A stretch of DNA of 64,000 bases, from positions 14,200,001 to 14,264,000 of the forward strand of contig NW_024704742.1 in the NCBI RefSeq assembly GCF_018977255.1. The letters run 5' to 3'. Both the position numbers and the translations under genes were made by a program. The stretch's first letter is position 1. Each line of letters opens with the position of its first letter. The notes under the pieces were generated by a model. The model had not been told where the DNA came from. It made no database searches and worked only from the letters and a program-made list of their open reading frames with translations. The DNA comes from Callorhinchus milii (taxonomy: Eukaryota). Shown one piece after another: positions 23,636 to 36,300 of the stretch.

Positions 23636-26192
23636 GTAAGGCGAGCAGCGAAGCGCACACAGATGTGACAAAGACCTTGGATTTCAATTTAAATTAAAAT
23701 CGGTCTAGCAATTGAACACATTCTGTGCAAAAAAAATTCTTTCTGAGAAGGCATGAAATAAATCTGCTTTTAGAACAAGATCACTCGCTTCTGTTACCTT
23801 GAACACAAATTCCTCTCTATCAATGAACCTTGATATTCCATTGCTACTGCAACCAGAAGCAGTTTTTGGAGGATCAATGGTGCATTGTTTCAGATGTTGG
23901 CAATGGAAAACATTTGAATCTGGAGCAAATATTTCCTTCTGCCTTTACTTACTGTTTGTGAGAGGAAGCATAGCTGCTCTCTCATAAGACCTACGGCAAC
24001 TCTTCACTGAACGACAGTATAAGAGACTTCTGTTGCTAGCTATTAATCTCCAACTGTTCAGTTAGAAAAGCTTTCACATGTTGGATCTGGTTTGCATTAC
24101 ACATTGAACACCCTTCAGCTCTTTAGAGTCTCATTCATGTTATTGTGTTGTGGTAGGGGTGGTGGTTGGTAGTTACTAGTAAAACATTTAAAGAGATCAG
24201 ATGAGTTTACAATTTAACAGAAAGCAAGGATATTGTTTACAAGTCTCATTGAATTTTAGTTACATTCAGATGAAGTGATTTGAAGCTGTCATTTGATCTA
24301 GTTTTGCACTATTTTTTATCCGGTTATATATGGGTTGTGAGATGAGTTGAAAAGTATGTATGACTGCGTTCTGTAAATGCCCATCGGCTGAGAAAGACAT
24401 TTCATACTGTGCACAGACTCTCTCAGTGAGAGATGGTGACACTAGTTGCTGAGTTTCCTTCGGGAGTAACACATAAGAGAGAGAAGATTGAAAAATATTA
24501 CTCCGGTCAGTAGCGTGGTTGATTTAAAGCTCCTCTGTGGAAATGCGGTGGTTCCCCAGTTTTGAAAGAGACTAGTGTATTTGTTTAAACTGGACTTACC
24601 ATATTTAACACTCTTACCAGGGAGATGCTGTGCTGAAATCAAAACTTTTCAGAATCCGCTCTTAACTCATTCACCTGAATCTTCTTGACCAAGTAGACAG
24701 CAACTACCTTCATGTTCTTCTGTGTTCTGTTTTATAAAACCCAAACCTACGTCACTATTGCTCACTTGCCCTTTCTTTATTTATAAATCCCACCTTAAGA
24801 TCTACCTCTATGACTGTGCCTTTGGGTACCTCCCCTTCCCATTTCTCACTTGTTCAGCATCCAACTCTGCTACTGTGCAGGTCTCCAAGACACTATCCTG
24901 CATGAAGGGTGTGTTATAAAAGCAAACTATTGTTGTATGGGTGCTGTGTTTGCTCTCAGTATTGTACACAACTTCGCTAGAGCAATTGAAAACATAAGAA
25001 GACAGAGAAAAGCAAGGCAAAGGCACAGAAATATGTGGAAATAGACAGATTTACAGATGGACATAAAAAGCTAATAGGATCATCTTCATTTGTACCTTTC
25101 TTGGGATCTCTCTCCCTCTCTCTCTCTCTCACTCTGAGAAACCTGAAGGGATATGGCCAATTGGATTTAATGAACAGCTTGCTCTGAGAGCCAGTCCAGA
25201 CTCAATGAGCCGAATAACCTCCTTCTGCACTATAAATTTCTAGGATTCTATTTCTTGTCTCTTTCTATATAAGAACCAATTCACTGGGGCAGTGATTCTT
25301 TTTCTCACTTGGCTCCTGTTAAACCTGCAAGCCAAAGCCCTCATGGGTAGGATGGTCCTAGGTGGTCAAGCAACGAGAAGCTTGCTAGACAGTGCTTTCA
25401 ATGGCATGCCACATGGTTTCAGTTGCTTAAACACCAGCTGTACCCCCAACACACTCTCTGGGGTTCTCAGGCTCTTGCCAACCTGCACGTAAATACTTTA
25501 CTGGTTTAGATGAGCAGAGTGCATTATTTTGGGGAGAGAGTCTGTTTTCCATATGAGACAAAGGGAATTTCCATGTGTGAGTGGAACTCTCAATGATTTG
25601 GAAGCTCTTAAGAATAGCGATAGGTTTCTACTTGGCAGACACTCGGATGATCAAAAATGTGATAGAAGCCACAGGTGTGTGGTTTTTTAAAAAAAATAAG
25701 TAGCCTCACCTCTTTCAGGGTTTAAGACTTTTGGAGTCATGATAGTTGCTGTCTACTCGGTCAACCGTGAACTGGAGAATCTGAGCTTTGTCCGTTTAAT
25801 GGCCTCCTCTGTACTTACTCCCTCGGCAAGCTCGCATGAATGAATAGTTTAATGAATACCTATTTAGAGAGGCTGATGAAGTAATCAACATCTATTTCTA
25901 GAAGTTATGTTTGAAAACTGAAGCTCCTCTTGGCCATTGTGAAGGTCTTCAGGAGATTTACTGATGAGTGGAAATCAACTCCAGGTTGGTTTTGTGCATC
26001 TGCGAAAATCGCTGCATTTTTTTTGTGCTCATGAGAACAGCCACAGCTGACAGGAAGTTGGAAAGTGCACACAGTCACTACACTTTGCAGTATATCCTGT
26101 GAAGTGCTTTGAAATGTCCCGCAACGTGAAAGGCACAGTATCAAATGTCAGGATTATTATTACATTATGATTAACATAGCACTTCTGGTAAC

Positions 26193-26509
26193 TGGAGTCC
26201 TGTAGCTCAGTGGTTAGAGCACTCGCTTTGCAAGCGAGAGACCTGAGTTCAATTCCAGGCAGGGCGAAACCTTGGGCAAGTTTCCTTACTCTACACGCCT
26301 AATAATAATCCCTCCAAAACCAAAAACAATAATAAAATTGGTCATTTTCAATCTACGACTGTTTATGGGACATTGCTGTGCGCAATTGGCTGCCGCATTC
26401 GCCCACAAATAAACAGTCAATTCACTTTACAGTGTGTTCTGTGAAGCGCTTTGGGACGTCCTCCCGACGTGAAAAGCGCTATATCAAATGCAAGGATTAT
26501 TATTATTAT
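26193..26509 (+). mobile_element. Young tRNA-Ala-derived SINE, full length, possible TAACTG target-site duplication
   Basis: Intact anticodon stem CTCGC-TTTGCAA-GCGAG. TAACTG is present at 26189-26194 and 26509-26514. Confidence 0.92.
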
Positions 26510-27469
26510 AACTGCAAGTGTTCAGGAGACATATTTAAGCAAGACGCTTTATAATGGGTTGCCCTGTATTGCGTACCTCTCATGTATTTGGACTGTCTTG
26601 CGGGTTCTTCAGCTATGTCAAGTGGTCCTTCAGATCCCATGGTTGATTGCTTTATTAACCTGGATTAGAGGATCTCTGTTATTGCAGAGTAAAATGGTTT
26701 AAAACAACCAATTGTGTAATTATTTGAACTTGATTTCATTAAGTCCTTTAAACGCTAGTGTTTTAACTGATTCTTGTTGATTGTGAATTTGATCAGTTTC
26801 CTCTCCTTTCTTTTTCGGCTTCTCCCTCACAATTAAAATCTTCCAGAGGAATGAATACCTTCTGTCTCACTGTTAACGCTATCCTGCACTCAGATGGGTC
26901 TCCTCTCTTGGGGCTCCCTTTGGCTTGGTTCATTCAGTTGCTCAGCTTCTCAATAGTGAAATCAAGTTGCAGATGTGTGTATGTGTGTGTGTTTTACATG
27001 GTGCATTTGCATCCCCACAAATAAAAATGCGTTAAAACTTGAGTGGAAATGATCTTTCCTGCCAATTAGGGTTAAACTGAAACTGTGAAACGCTATCATG
27101 ACAGGAAGCTGGTGATAACTGGAAGCCATTCCACGAACATATATGTATATATATATATACATTGTAGGACATTAGGAGATTTGGTCATATGTTCATATCA
27201 ATCAATCAAACAATCAATCCTCTGACCTAATCAGAACAGTCTGTCTTTAACCATTCTTACATGACCCTCAGGTAAGATGATCAATTGAAACGCATTGCTT
27301 GATCTTCAGCTGACGTTATGAACTGGAAAATACATTTGATTTTAACATCTGAATCATTGGGAGTTGGGCTGATCAAGGACCACAATGTACCTTACTTCAC
27401 AGGGTGTTATCATGCTCCACTCTCAACTTTTAGTATGAGAAGAGGACTTAAAAGTAAAAGAAAAAAGTG

Positions 27470-27940
27470 CAGTGCAGTTCCCCAAAGCTGAGGAAGTTCA
27501 ATTATGAAGAGCGATTAGACAAATTAGACCATTTTTCCCTAGGGCCATGCAAATCAAGGGGTGGTCCTCAGGATTATGAAGTCTTAGAGCAGAGTAAATA
27601 GTAATAGATTATTTCCACTGGTTGGCAAGTAAGCAATGAAAGGAAATACATTTAAGATCATTATAAAAATAAATAAGTGAGAGGTTAGAAAAATATTCTT
27701 CACACAGAGGGTGGTTGGAATGTGAAATTCCCTGCTAAATACCATATTTCAGGCTGTATACATAAATGATTTCAAAAGATAATTGGCTAGAATTAAATAA
27801 AATTAAATAAAAGAGAGGAATTGCTTTAAAATGGGGATATTAAAGGAATCTGGGAGTGTGAAAGAGAGTGAGATTAGATTGGTTGATGTGGACTACTTTT
27901 GTCGATGGTCTAGAGTGCCCTGTTTCATGAGCTCATTGGA
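27470..27940 (+). mobile_element. Degraded CR1 3' fragment
   Basis: TATGAAGAGCGATTA (YEERL) and TTCTTCACACAGAGGGTGGTTGGAATGTGAAATTCCCTGC (FFTQRVVG.WNSL). Confidence 0.7.
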
Positions 27941-28595
27941 GCCCAAAATTCACTGTTCACTTACTGTGGGAAATGAGGCAGCCAGGAAATGCACACAAGG
28001 TAGTAAGAGAGGAAAAAACAGCAACATAAGCTCTCCAAAGGTTCACAAATAGAAGCCACTGTCCAATGTGAAATTATGCCATACAGACCAGAAATGTCAC
28101 AGGTTTCATCTTCAATATATACTAAGTTCAACAATCCTTACTTCTACAATTGACATTAACAGCCCTGGACTGGGGAGGTGAAATATTTCAGAATCAGTAT
28201 CCAGTGTGTGTTTGTTAGGCTGCAGTGATCTCTAAGGTCAAAGTACCTAAAAATGATCTATATCTGGGTTCACAAGTCAAGAATGGTCACTTAGTTAACG
28301 TGCTGTATGGAAACCAGTGCCTTTGGAGTAATACTTTACGATGAGTTAATTCTTTCAGAAAAGGAAGGGAGACAGTTGGAGGGAGGAAAAAATCCAGTAG
28401 AAAAACAACATAAAACAATATTAAAATCCACTTGAGTAACAATGTAGCAGAGGAAGTTAAAAGGAAAGGAAAAATCATTTCCATTCATGTTTTATGCACT
28501 TTTATTTGTGCAAAAAAAAATAATTATCAGTAATGTACAGGAAATAAGCTTCTCGAAGAAAAGGCTGAACATTGTCTGGGAACAATGAATCTGGG

Positions 28596-28915
28596 ATAAT
28601 AATAATAATCCTTGCATTTGATATAGCGCTTTTCACGTCGGGAGGACGTCCCAAAGTGCTTCACAGAACACACTGTAAAGTGAATTGACTGTATATTTGT
28701 GGGTGAACACAGCAGCCAATTGCGCACAGCAATGTCCCACAAACAGTCATGGATTGAAAATGACCAATTTTTATTATTGTTTTGTTTTTTTGGAGGGATT
28801 ATTATTAGGCGTGTGGAGTAAGGAAACTTGCCCAAGGTTTCGCCCTGCCTGGAATTGAACTCAGGTCTCTCGCTTGCAAAGCGAGTGCTCTAATCACTGA
28901 GCTACAGGACTCCAC
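28596..28915 (-). mobile_element. Young tRNA-Ala-derived SINE, full length
   Basis: Reverse-complement copy of the same consensus. Confidence 0.92.
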
Positions 28916-29064
28916 AAATATATAATAATACTAATAATACTTACATTTCGTACAACTCCTTTCATGCCATGAGGACGTCTCAGAGTGCTTCACAGGATAT
29001 ACTGTGAAATGTATTTATTGACTGCATATTTTGTGAATGAATGATGGCCAGAGAGATTAAAAGT

Positions 29065-29485
29065 TATAATAGTAATCTGTGCATTTGGTATTGCGCCTTA
29101 TCACATTGGAAGGATGTCTCAAAGTGCTTCACAGGATTTTCTATGAAGTGACTGTGTATTTGTAGGCAAATGTGGCAGCCCAATTGTGTGCAGCAATGCT
29201 ACATAAACTGTCATGAAACAAATAACTAATTTCATTTTGGAGGATTGTTGGCCGGGACACCGGTAGAAAACTCCCTTCACTTTTCGAATCATGCCATGGG
29301 GATCTTTAACACCCACCTGAACAGGCAGATAGGACCTCGGTTTAATGTCTCATCCGACAACAACACAACCCCCACCCCAGCACTGCATTAGAGTATCAGC
29401 TTAGACTATATGAATTGAAGTCCCGACGTGGGATTTGAACCCACAACCTTGTGACTCTGAGGCGATAGTGCTACCATTGACACAC
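29065..29485 (-). mobile_element. Older Deu-domain SINE (SacSINE1/AmnSINE-like)
   Basis: Reverse complement has a different tRNA-like head (GGTAGCACTATCGCCTCAGAGTCACAAGGTTGTGGGTTCAAATCCC), then GGATGAGACATTAAACCGAGG...AAAGATCCCCATGGC...GGGAGTT, the Deu core as I recall it. Confidence 0.8.
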
Positions 29486-30246
29486 AAATCAGAGAAGGGG
29501 AGAAGTGATGGAGTAAGAGTGAACATTATGATACCTGACTACAAGGCAATTATTATGTCAACACAATCTGGTGTAAAAATCACAGAGTCAGGTCCTATTT
29601 TTATGACCAGTCACTACTGTAAAAGGAAATTGTAGCTACTCACTGATATAAACTCAGATCAATATTCTAATGCATAAAAAGGCTTTTGTGACAATAGGGC
29701 AGCCCTGGCAGTACTCTGGGACGCTACTCTGCGTGAGGAGCGCTATATAAATGCAAGTTGTTGTTGATTCACTTTTAAATGATTTGTACAGACTCAGCTT
29801 CAATAGCCTTTTGTAGTAAAACATTGCACATTCAAGTAACCATCTGTGTATGTGGAAGAAATTATGCTAACCTCCCACTTATTGATTTTATTAATAATAA
29901 TAATCCTTGCATTTAATATCGCGCTTTTCATGTCTTCTAGACGTCTCAAAGTGCTTCACAGAAAGTGAAGTGTAAAGTGAATTGACTGTATATTTGTGGG
30001 TGACTATCTTGTGATAATCCTCATTTCATGATCTTTTGTTACTCATTGAACAGTGAAAAACGTTTCTCTGTGTACCTTATTGAAACCAATCATAATTTTG
30101 AAACCTCAATTATATTTCTCCTTTAACCTTCCTTGCTCCAGCAAAAATAGACCAATTTTTTAAGTCACTCTACATAACGATAATGCCTCTTCCTCTCATG
30201 CCTCTTTGTTGCCTATCTCCATACCTTTATAAACTAAAGAAGTCTA

Positions 30247-30545
30247 TAATAATATAATGATAATCCTTGCATTTGATATAGCACTTTTCACGTCTTCTAG
30301 ACGTCTCAAAACACTTCACAGAATATACTGTAAAGTTGAATTGACAGTATACCTGTGCACATAGCAGTTTCCCACAGACAGTCCTGGATTGAAGTGACCA
30401 ATTTTATTATTGATTTTTTTTCTTGAGGGATGATTATCAGGTGTGTGGAGTAAGAAAACTTGCCCAAGGTTTTGCCCTGCCGGGAATTGAACCCAGGTCT
30501 CTCGCTTGCGAGACGAGTGCTCTAACCACAGCTACAGGACTCCAC
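30247..30545 (-). mobile_element. tRNA-Ala-derived SINE, slightly more diverged
   Basis: Head ends ...GCTACAGGACTCCAC at 30545; small internal deletions. Confidence 0.88.
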
Positions 30546-31119
30546 TGTGTGAGGAGTTGAATATCCGACTAATTGTGGACAACACATTTGAGAAGCTGAG
30601 AATGAAAGAAGCAGCAATGGGACAGGAGCTCAGCATTGTACAGTACAACACCATTCCTGTCAAGCAATGCAGAACTGCTGCCTACTATTGGGCACTAACA
30701 CCTACAGTTAGCTATTACCAATAAACTCCTCATCCACTGATTACAATGGGATTTTTCAGCAATATCACAGAAAGAAAGGTTTGCTTGCAATTGTGAATTT
30801 TGATCTAAAAATGACGATGTGTGATGTGTTAATTCACACCACCGGTGCCAAATAGTACATTATTGATAAAAACTACCTGATGAGTTAATTATCAACTGGT
30901 TCGCTGGTGGGCTGAAGAAAAAATTCCCTTCACTCTGAAGTTTCCAATCTTCCAGCAGATGTGCCGATCAATGATTCCAGTTCTTCTAATGGTTTTCTGC
31001 AGCCGGATGCTAAGGATGGCATCAAAATATCTATTACCCTCCCTCCTTCCCAATCTTGCCAATCAAGCTCAAATATTCCACAACAATTAAAATTCAGATG
31101 GTATCTCGATGACATGTAT

Positions 31120-31470
31120 CAGGACATGGAACTCATATAGTCTAAGATGACATTCCAATTCAAGGATTCCAAATGCAAGGATTATTCACTCCTTCTGATG
31201 AGATGTTAAAATGAACCTGTTCAGGTGGACATTAAAGATCCCATAGCACTATATAAAAAGAGAAGATTCTCCTGGTGTCCTGCTTAACAATCCACCAGAT
31301 AAAATTAGTGATTCATTTCATTGCTGTTGTGGGACGTTGCTGTGAGCAAATTGGCAGCCGTGTTCACCCATAAAATAGTGACTGCAGTTTAGAGTATATC
31401 CTGCAAAATGCTTTGGTACATTCTTCCTATATGAAAGGCGCTATACCAAGTCTAAGAATTATTATTATTA
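31120..31470 (+). mobile_element. Older Deu-domain SINE
   Basis: GATGAGATGTTAAA...GGTGGACATTAAAGATCCCATAGCAC core plus tail. Confidence 0.75.
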
Positions 31471-32004
31471 TGTATAAAGATACAGATTACAGACCAGGAG
31501 CTTGATGGTCCTTTCTGGTTTACTAGTTTCATCTGGGATCCAGTTAAAAACCTACCTCTTTGACCAATCCTATGGTCACCTCTTGTCCCCTATCACCTAC
31601 GCTATCCTTCTACTCAGCTACTTCCATCATAAACTGCCCCAAGTAGTTATTGTCCTTGAAGGGCGCTATATAAAAGCAAATTGTTTTGTTGTTGCTAGAG
31701 GCTAACTTGGCCTCAGACTTTCCATCATTAGGAAAGATTCACAATCAGTCTGCAGCATTCTCTACTGGTTGTGTATGTATATGACAGCTGATTAGAGAGA
31801 GGTCAGGCTCGACTATGATTCCCTCTTCACTTAGGTGAGTGGTTTGTTACACTCACTGCCGAGGTTCACACATAAACAATATCCACTTGAGCAAGGGAAC
31901 AGGAAGGCAACCAGCACCCATAGAACCGTATACCAGAAAGAGGAGGCCAGACCAAGTTAGGTTTACCAAGAGGCCAGTGGGGAGAACATTAGAAAAAAAT
32001 TAAA

Positions 32005-32600
32005 CAGCAACAAGATTACACTTGTATAGCGCCTTTCACATCGGGAAGACATCACTGTACAGCATTTCAGACCTGAGCTGGGGTCAGGGGGGGAGAAGGG
32101 ATGGGAGGGGAAGGGAGTGGCCAATGACATGGTCGAAGAGGAGGCTTTTGAAGTGGGACTTGAAGGAGGCTAAGGAGGGGGTGAGGCGGAGTGACTGGGA
32201 GATGGAATTCCAGAGATTGGGGGCAGAGTGGCTGAAGGCCCTCCCGTCAATGGTGGGGCAGGTGGGTCGGGGGACGTAGAGCAGGCCGGAGCCAGCTGAG
32301 CGGAGGGAACGGGCGGGTTAGTAGAGGGTTAGGAGGTCGCAGAGGTAGGGTAGGGTGAGGCCATGGAGGGCTTTCTATGTGAGGACCAGGATCTTGAACT
32401 GGATCCTCTGAAGGATAGGGAGCCAATGGAGTCGGGCGAGATGGTGCAGGAGAGGACACGGGCCGCAAAGTTCTGGGTTATCTGCAGCCTTTGGTGGGAG
32501 GATTTGGGAAGGCTGACAAGCAGGGCGTTTGCATAGTCGAGCCTGGAGGTGATGAAGGCATGAACAAGAGTTTCAGTGGCCTGGGGGAGCAGACAGTTCT
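32005..32600 (-). mobile_element. L2 LINE 3' fragment
   Basis: Minus strand encodes [14 protein letters not shown]...IQFKIL...GGRAFSHSAP; L2 tail at the left. Confidence 0.88.
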
Positions 32601-35247
32601 AGAGATGAAAAATTAAAGTCACTGCATCGAGCTACATTGTGGTTGAAAATGTGATATTAATGAACTGGATATTATTGCACTAATAATGATTCATAGTTTG
32701 CAAATGGCATTGTGGCATTCACAAAGAAATTGTGATATTCAGAAAGAAATGGAGTATTTCAGAAATAAAAATAATAATAATCATTGCATTTGATATAGAA
32801 CCACGTCACTGAGATGTCCTAAAGTGCTTCACAGACTACATTATAAAGTTTATCTTGTGGGTGAAATCTGAAGTCATTTGGGGTATTCAAAATGGATTTC
32901 AAGAATTCACAATAAAATACATTTTTAAAAAAGGCCATTTTAGAAGCTGGTTTACTTACTTTACTTTTTCTGTGTGTGTGTGTTTGGTGGTGGGGGGGTG
33001 TGGGGCAGTCGTGGGGGGTGGTAGGAGGAGAATCTTCAGCCTGAAAGCAAAAAGCTGATGGTGAGCCTGAACTGCAAATATCACCTCTCAGCCCCAGTCT
33101 CTTCCTCCAGCTGATCTTGCAGATTTCCTAATTGAAACATAATTAACTCTGAACTTGCATTGGTAGCTTTAAGTAAATACAGTAGATTCTTTGTTTAAAA
33201 AAAAGTGTTTATGTCTGAAGAGCTGTTTGGTCATTAGTCATTGCAGATGTTTCTCAGATGGCTTCTTTGACAATGTAGTCCAAGCGTGATGGGCGAAGAA
33301 ACAGATTAAAGTGAACTGAATTTATAAACCAGCATTAATTTACAAAGATGAAAACACAATTTGCAAGCATTGAATTTTCATTATTGTAGTGTATTCACTG
33401 ATCTAAATGATTTTTTTTCATTGTAGATGTGGCATGAAACTGGTAAACTCATTTTAAGCCTCACAGGGAAGATTGTTTGAGCGTGTTTCAAATATTACTC
33501 AGCTAAATTAATTTTCTTAGTAAATTCATTGCCCTCAGTTAGGTAATAAATTCTTGGTTGGAAATGTCTTGGTTACTATGAAACAGTAAAAGAGTCATCT
33601 GGCTTCTTGATGAAAAGCAAAAGAACATAAAATAAACAGAATAAGCAGCAAATGAAAAATCAATTCAAATTTAAATCTATGAGTAGATTACACTATTACA
33701 AAATGATATTCAAAGCACCTAAGATTAAAAAAAGGGAATTAATACAAAGTATTATAATATATTGAAATACTGCACAATAGCTCAGCCCTTCTGGGTCTTT
33801 AAATAGAGGCTGCATTTTTTTTCAAAAACATCAAAGTTTGGGTGGGGTGAAGTCTTTCATCACTCAAAAACAAATAACATTGTGAAGCAGAAAATGTTTT
33901 AGAAATATTTTCCAATTTGTAGCTCACAGTAAAAGGAATTTTTTTGGGAGGAACATTTATGTACATTCCACAATCAGCTTGCTTTCATCTGTACGACATT
34001 GATGTAAGGGATCTTTTAAGCTTGACTCAAGTTGGTAGCACTCTCGCCTCTGAGTTATATGTTGTGGGTTCATGACCCATGTGGGACTTTAACCTCACAG
34101 TCCAGTGTAGTGTTCTGTGCAAATTGGCTGCCAGATTTGACAACAAAGTACAGTTGCTACACAACAGTAAATCCTGTGAAGCACTTTGAGAATGGTATTA
34201 TATCAAATGCAAGGATTATTATTATTAATATTATCAACATAGGAATGTTCTTGAAAAAGGCTTTAGCATTTTTAGTGACAAGAGTTCAGGGTATTTCAGG
34301 CTTAGGTCTTCTTCCTGTAGGATGCACTTTCTTGCAGAGCCTGTCAGATATAAATCAATACTTTGCAAAGTGAGTTGCACAATATTGATTCATGATGGGA
34401 ACTGAATCAGGACCTGAAGACTTTATCTTTCCTTTGAATCTGAATAAAACAGCAATGGAAGGCCCAAGCGGTAATTGGGTGTTCGGCAGTTTCAAATTAA
34501 ACATACCACAAGCTTTGGCCTGCTGCCAACAGCCTGGGCTTGCCTTGATTGTTCCTGTGGTAATGCCATTCTGTGGCTTGTGATAAGTACTTTTTTTGCT
34601 CAGTGCATGTCACATCAGTCAGCCTGCAGAGCTCAGATGGTCATTTAGAGATTAGAAAGTCACCTTCTTCTGTTTCCTGAAAATCCTCCAGCAAGCTGGT
34701 GAGTAATGATTTGTCTAAACCTTCATAGGAAGCATTGATAAATTGCTGCAACTGTGTTGCTTCCAACTTCTTAATAAAGTGTAGGAAGGTCGAGTAACTC
34801 AAGTGGTTGTCCACTTATCTGCCAACCAGAAGGATACAAGTTTAAATCCAATGCTGCTTGTCATTCCAGCTTGATTTTGGGGGAGTTACAGCATGTCTCT
34901 ACTGTGCTGCTGGATTAAGTTCCGTCAGCTGAGCCGTTCAGACTTGGTGGATCTTCCACATGAGACATTTTTGCAGACTTTCCTGACTTGGAATGCTCAC
35001 ATCCTCACAATCTAACGTTCATTTACCAGAACTAGGAAGTGCCTGAAGGGAATCTGGCTTACGGATATCACTTACTTACTACCCCAACCTCAATAAAAGT
35101 GTATACTTGTGCCATATTCTTTAAAGTTGATTAAAACAATTAAAATTACTAGCTGCCACTTTATGATGTCAGCGATTACCACTATTGTTTCGGGCCTTTT
35201 AGTGTGTTTGAACGTTTTGGGATGTTCATTCCACCTGGATCATGCTG

Positions 35248-35269
35248 TATATATATATATATATATATA
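35248..35269. repeat. (TA)n microsatellite
   Basis: Read directly; a similar run is at about 27139-27159. Confidence 0.95.
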
Positions 35270-35954
35270 CATAATTGATGTTGACTTTCAGAGACCACTA
35301 ACCATTTTGGAAATGTTATAGTATCATCTTAAAACAAAATCCTAGCATTATATCAAGAAATCATTGCATTGGGAATTAAATAAAATATGTGCTGATATCC
35401 TCTCCTCCTCCTCCCAGCCCCATGATCCTCTTCATACAATTAGCGAGACTTTTCACTTCACCAGCAGCTTGAGAAATAAATCTGTAGCTTCTTCATTTAG
35501 TCACAGTACAGTGATAAAGTCATTTGATTTAGCAACCGCATTAGCTATCGTTTTGTACAGTTAGCAGCCACAGTGTCGCCCACTGCTTTACACAATTCAA
35601 CTCTCCTCCAGGCGTTTTCCCAACCATCAGGGATTGCTTGACTTCCATTAGTATTATTTGATTGTGTAAGCGAGTTGTCTACCTCCATCACCCTAGGAAG
35701 GTATGTGTGTTTCTAAAGCATGTGAAAATACTTCCTCCTCAGGCTTATCTTCTGCCGTGTCACACACTGAGAAAATGTTTTAATGTTTCAATAATCTCCC
35801 TGAAGATACATTCAAATTCCCCTGTCCCTACCTGTTACCAGTGCAAGTTTAATTTCTATTATTTTCTATTCCGAACTAGTGATTTGCCTACTCCATTAAG
35901 TATCACTTTCCAGAACTTGTGTCTTCTCCCACAAAAGACTTTGCGAGCCTAATA

Positions 35955-36300
35955 CCCCTATTCTCGCTCAGCTCCACTGGCTCCTTGTCCTTCAGAAGAT
36001 TGAATTCAAGATCATAGATCTCACCTTTAAATCCCTCCATTTACCTTTGAGTTCTCCTACAACCCTACTTACCTGACCGCTCCCTTTACTTAGTGAACTC
36101 TGGTCTGCTTCACGACCCCACCCAATCTGCCCCACCACTGGGGTTCAGGCTTTCAGCCATTCTACTCCCACTTTCTGGAATTCTATCCTGGAGTCACTCT
36201 TATTCGCTCCCTTCTTCCCCAGCCTGCCTCAAGACTGCATTTCCAGTCATCTTTGCTTTCTCCACCTTCTTCAGCTCCCCATCACCCCCGCCCCCATATC
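35955..36300 (+). mobile_element. Degraded L2 LINE 3' fragment
   Basis: CTCCACTGGCTCC (LHWL), ATTGAATTCAAGATC (IEFKI), GCTTTCAGCCATTCT (AFSHS). Confidence 0.75.

Noticed and set aside
23636..23668. ORF-track extension [10 protein letters not shown] suggesting a 337-aa single-exon protein
   Set aside because: It is read-through past the AAG|gtaagg donor; homology resumes in frame at 50166.
23146..23671. Antisense ORFs over the NDST exon (also 54086-54496 and 58378-58560)
   Set aside because: Shadow frames of the real coding strand.
26193..26260. tRNA-Ala(UGC) gene
   Set aside because: It has A/B boxes and an anticodon arm but no proper acceptor stem, and it continues into the SINE body in every copy.
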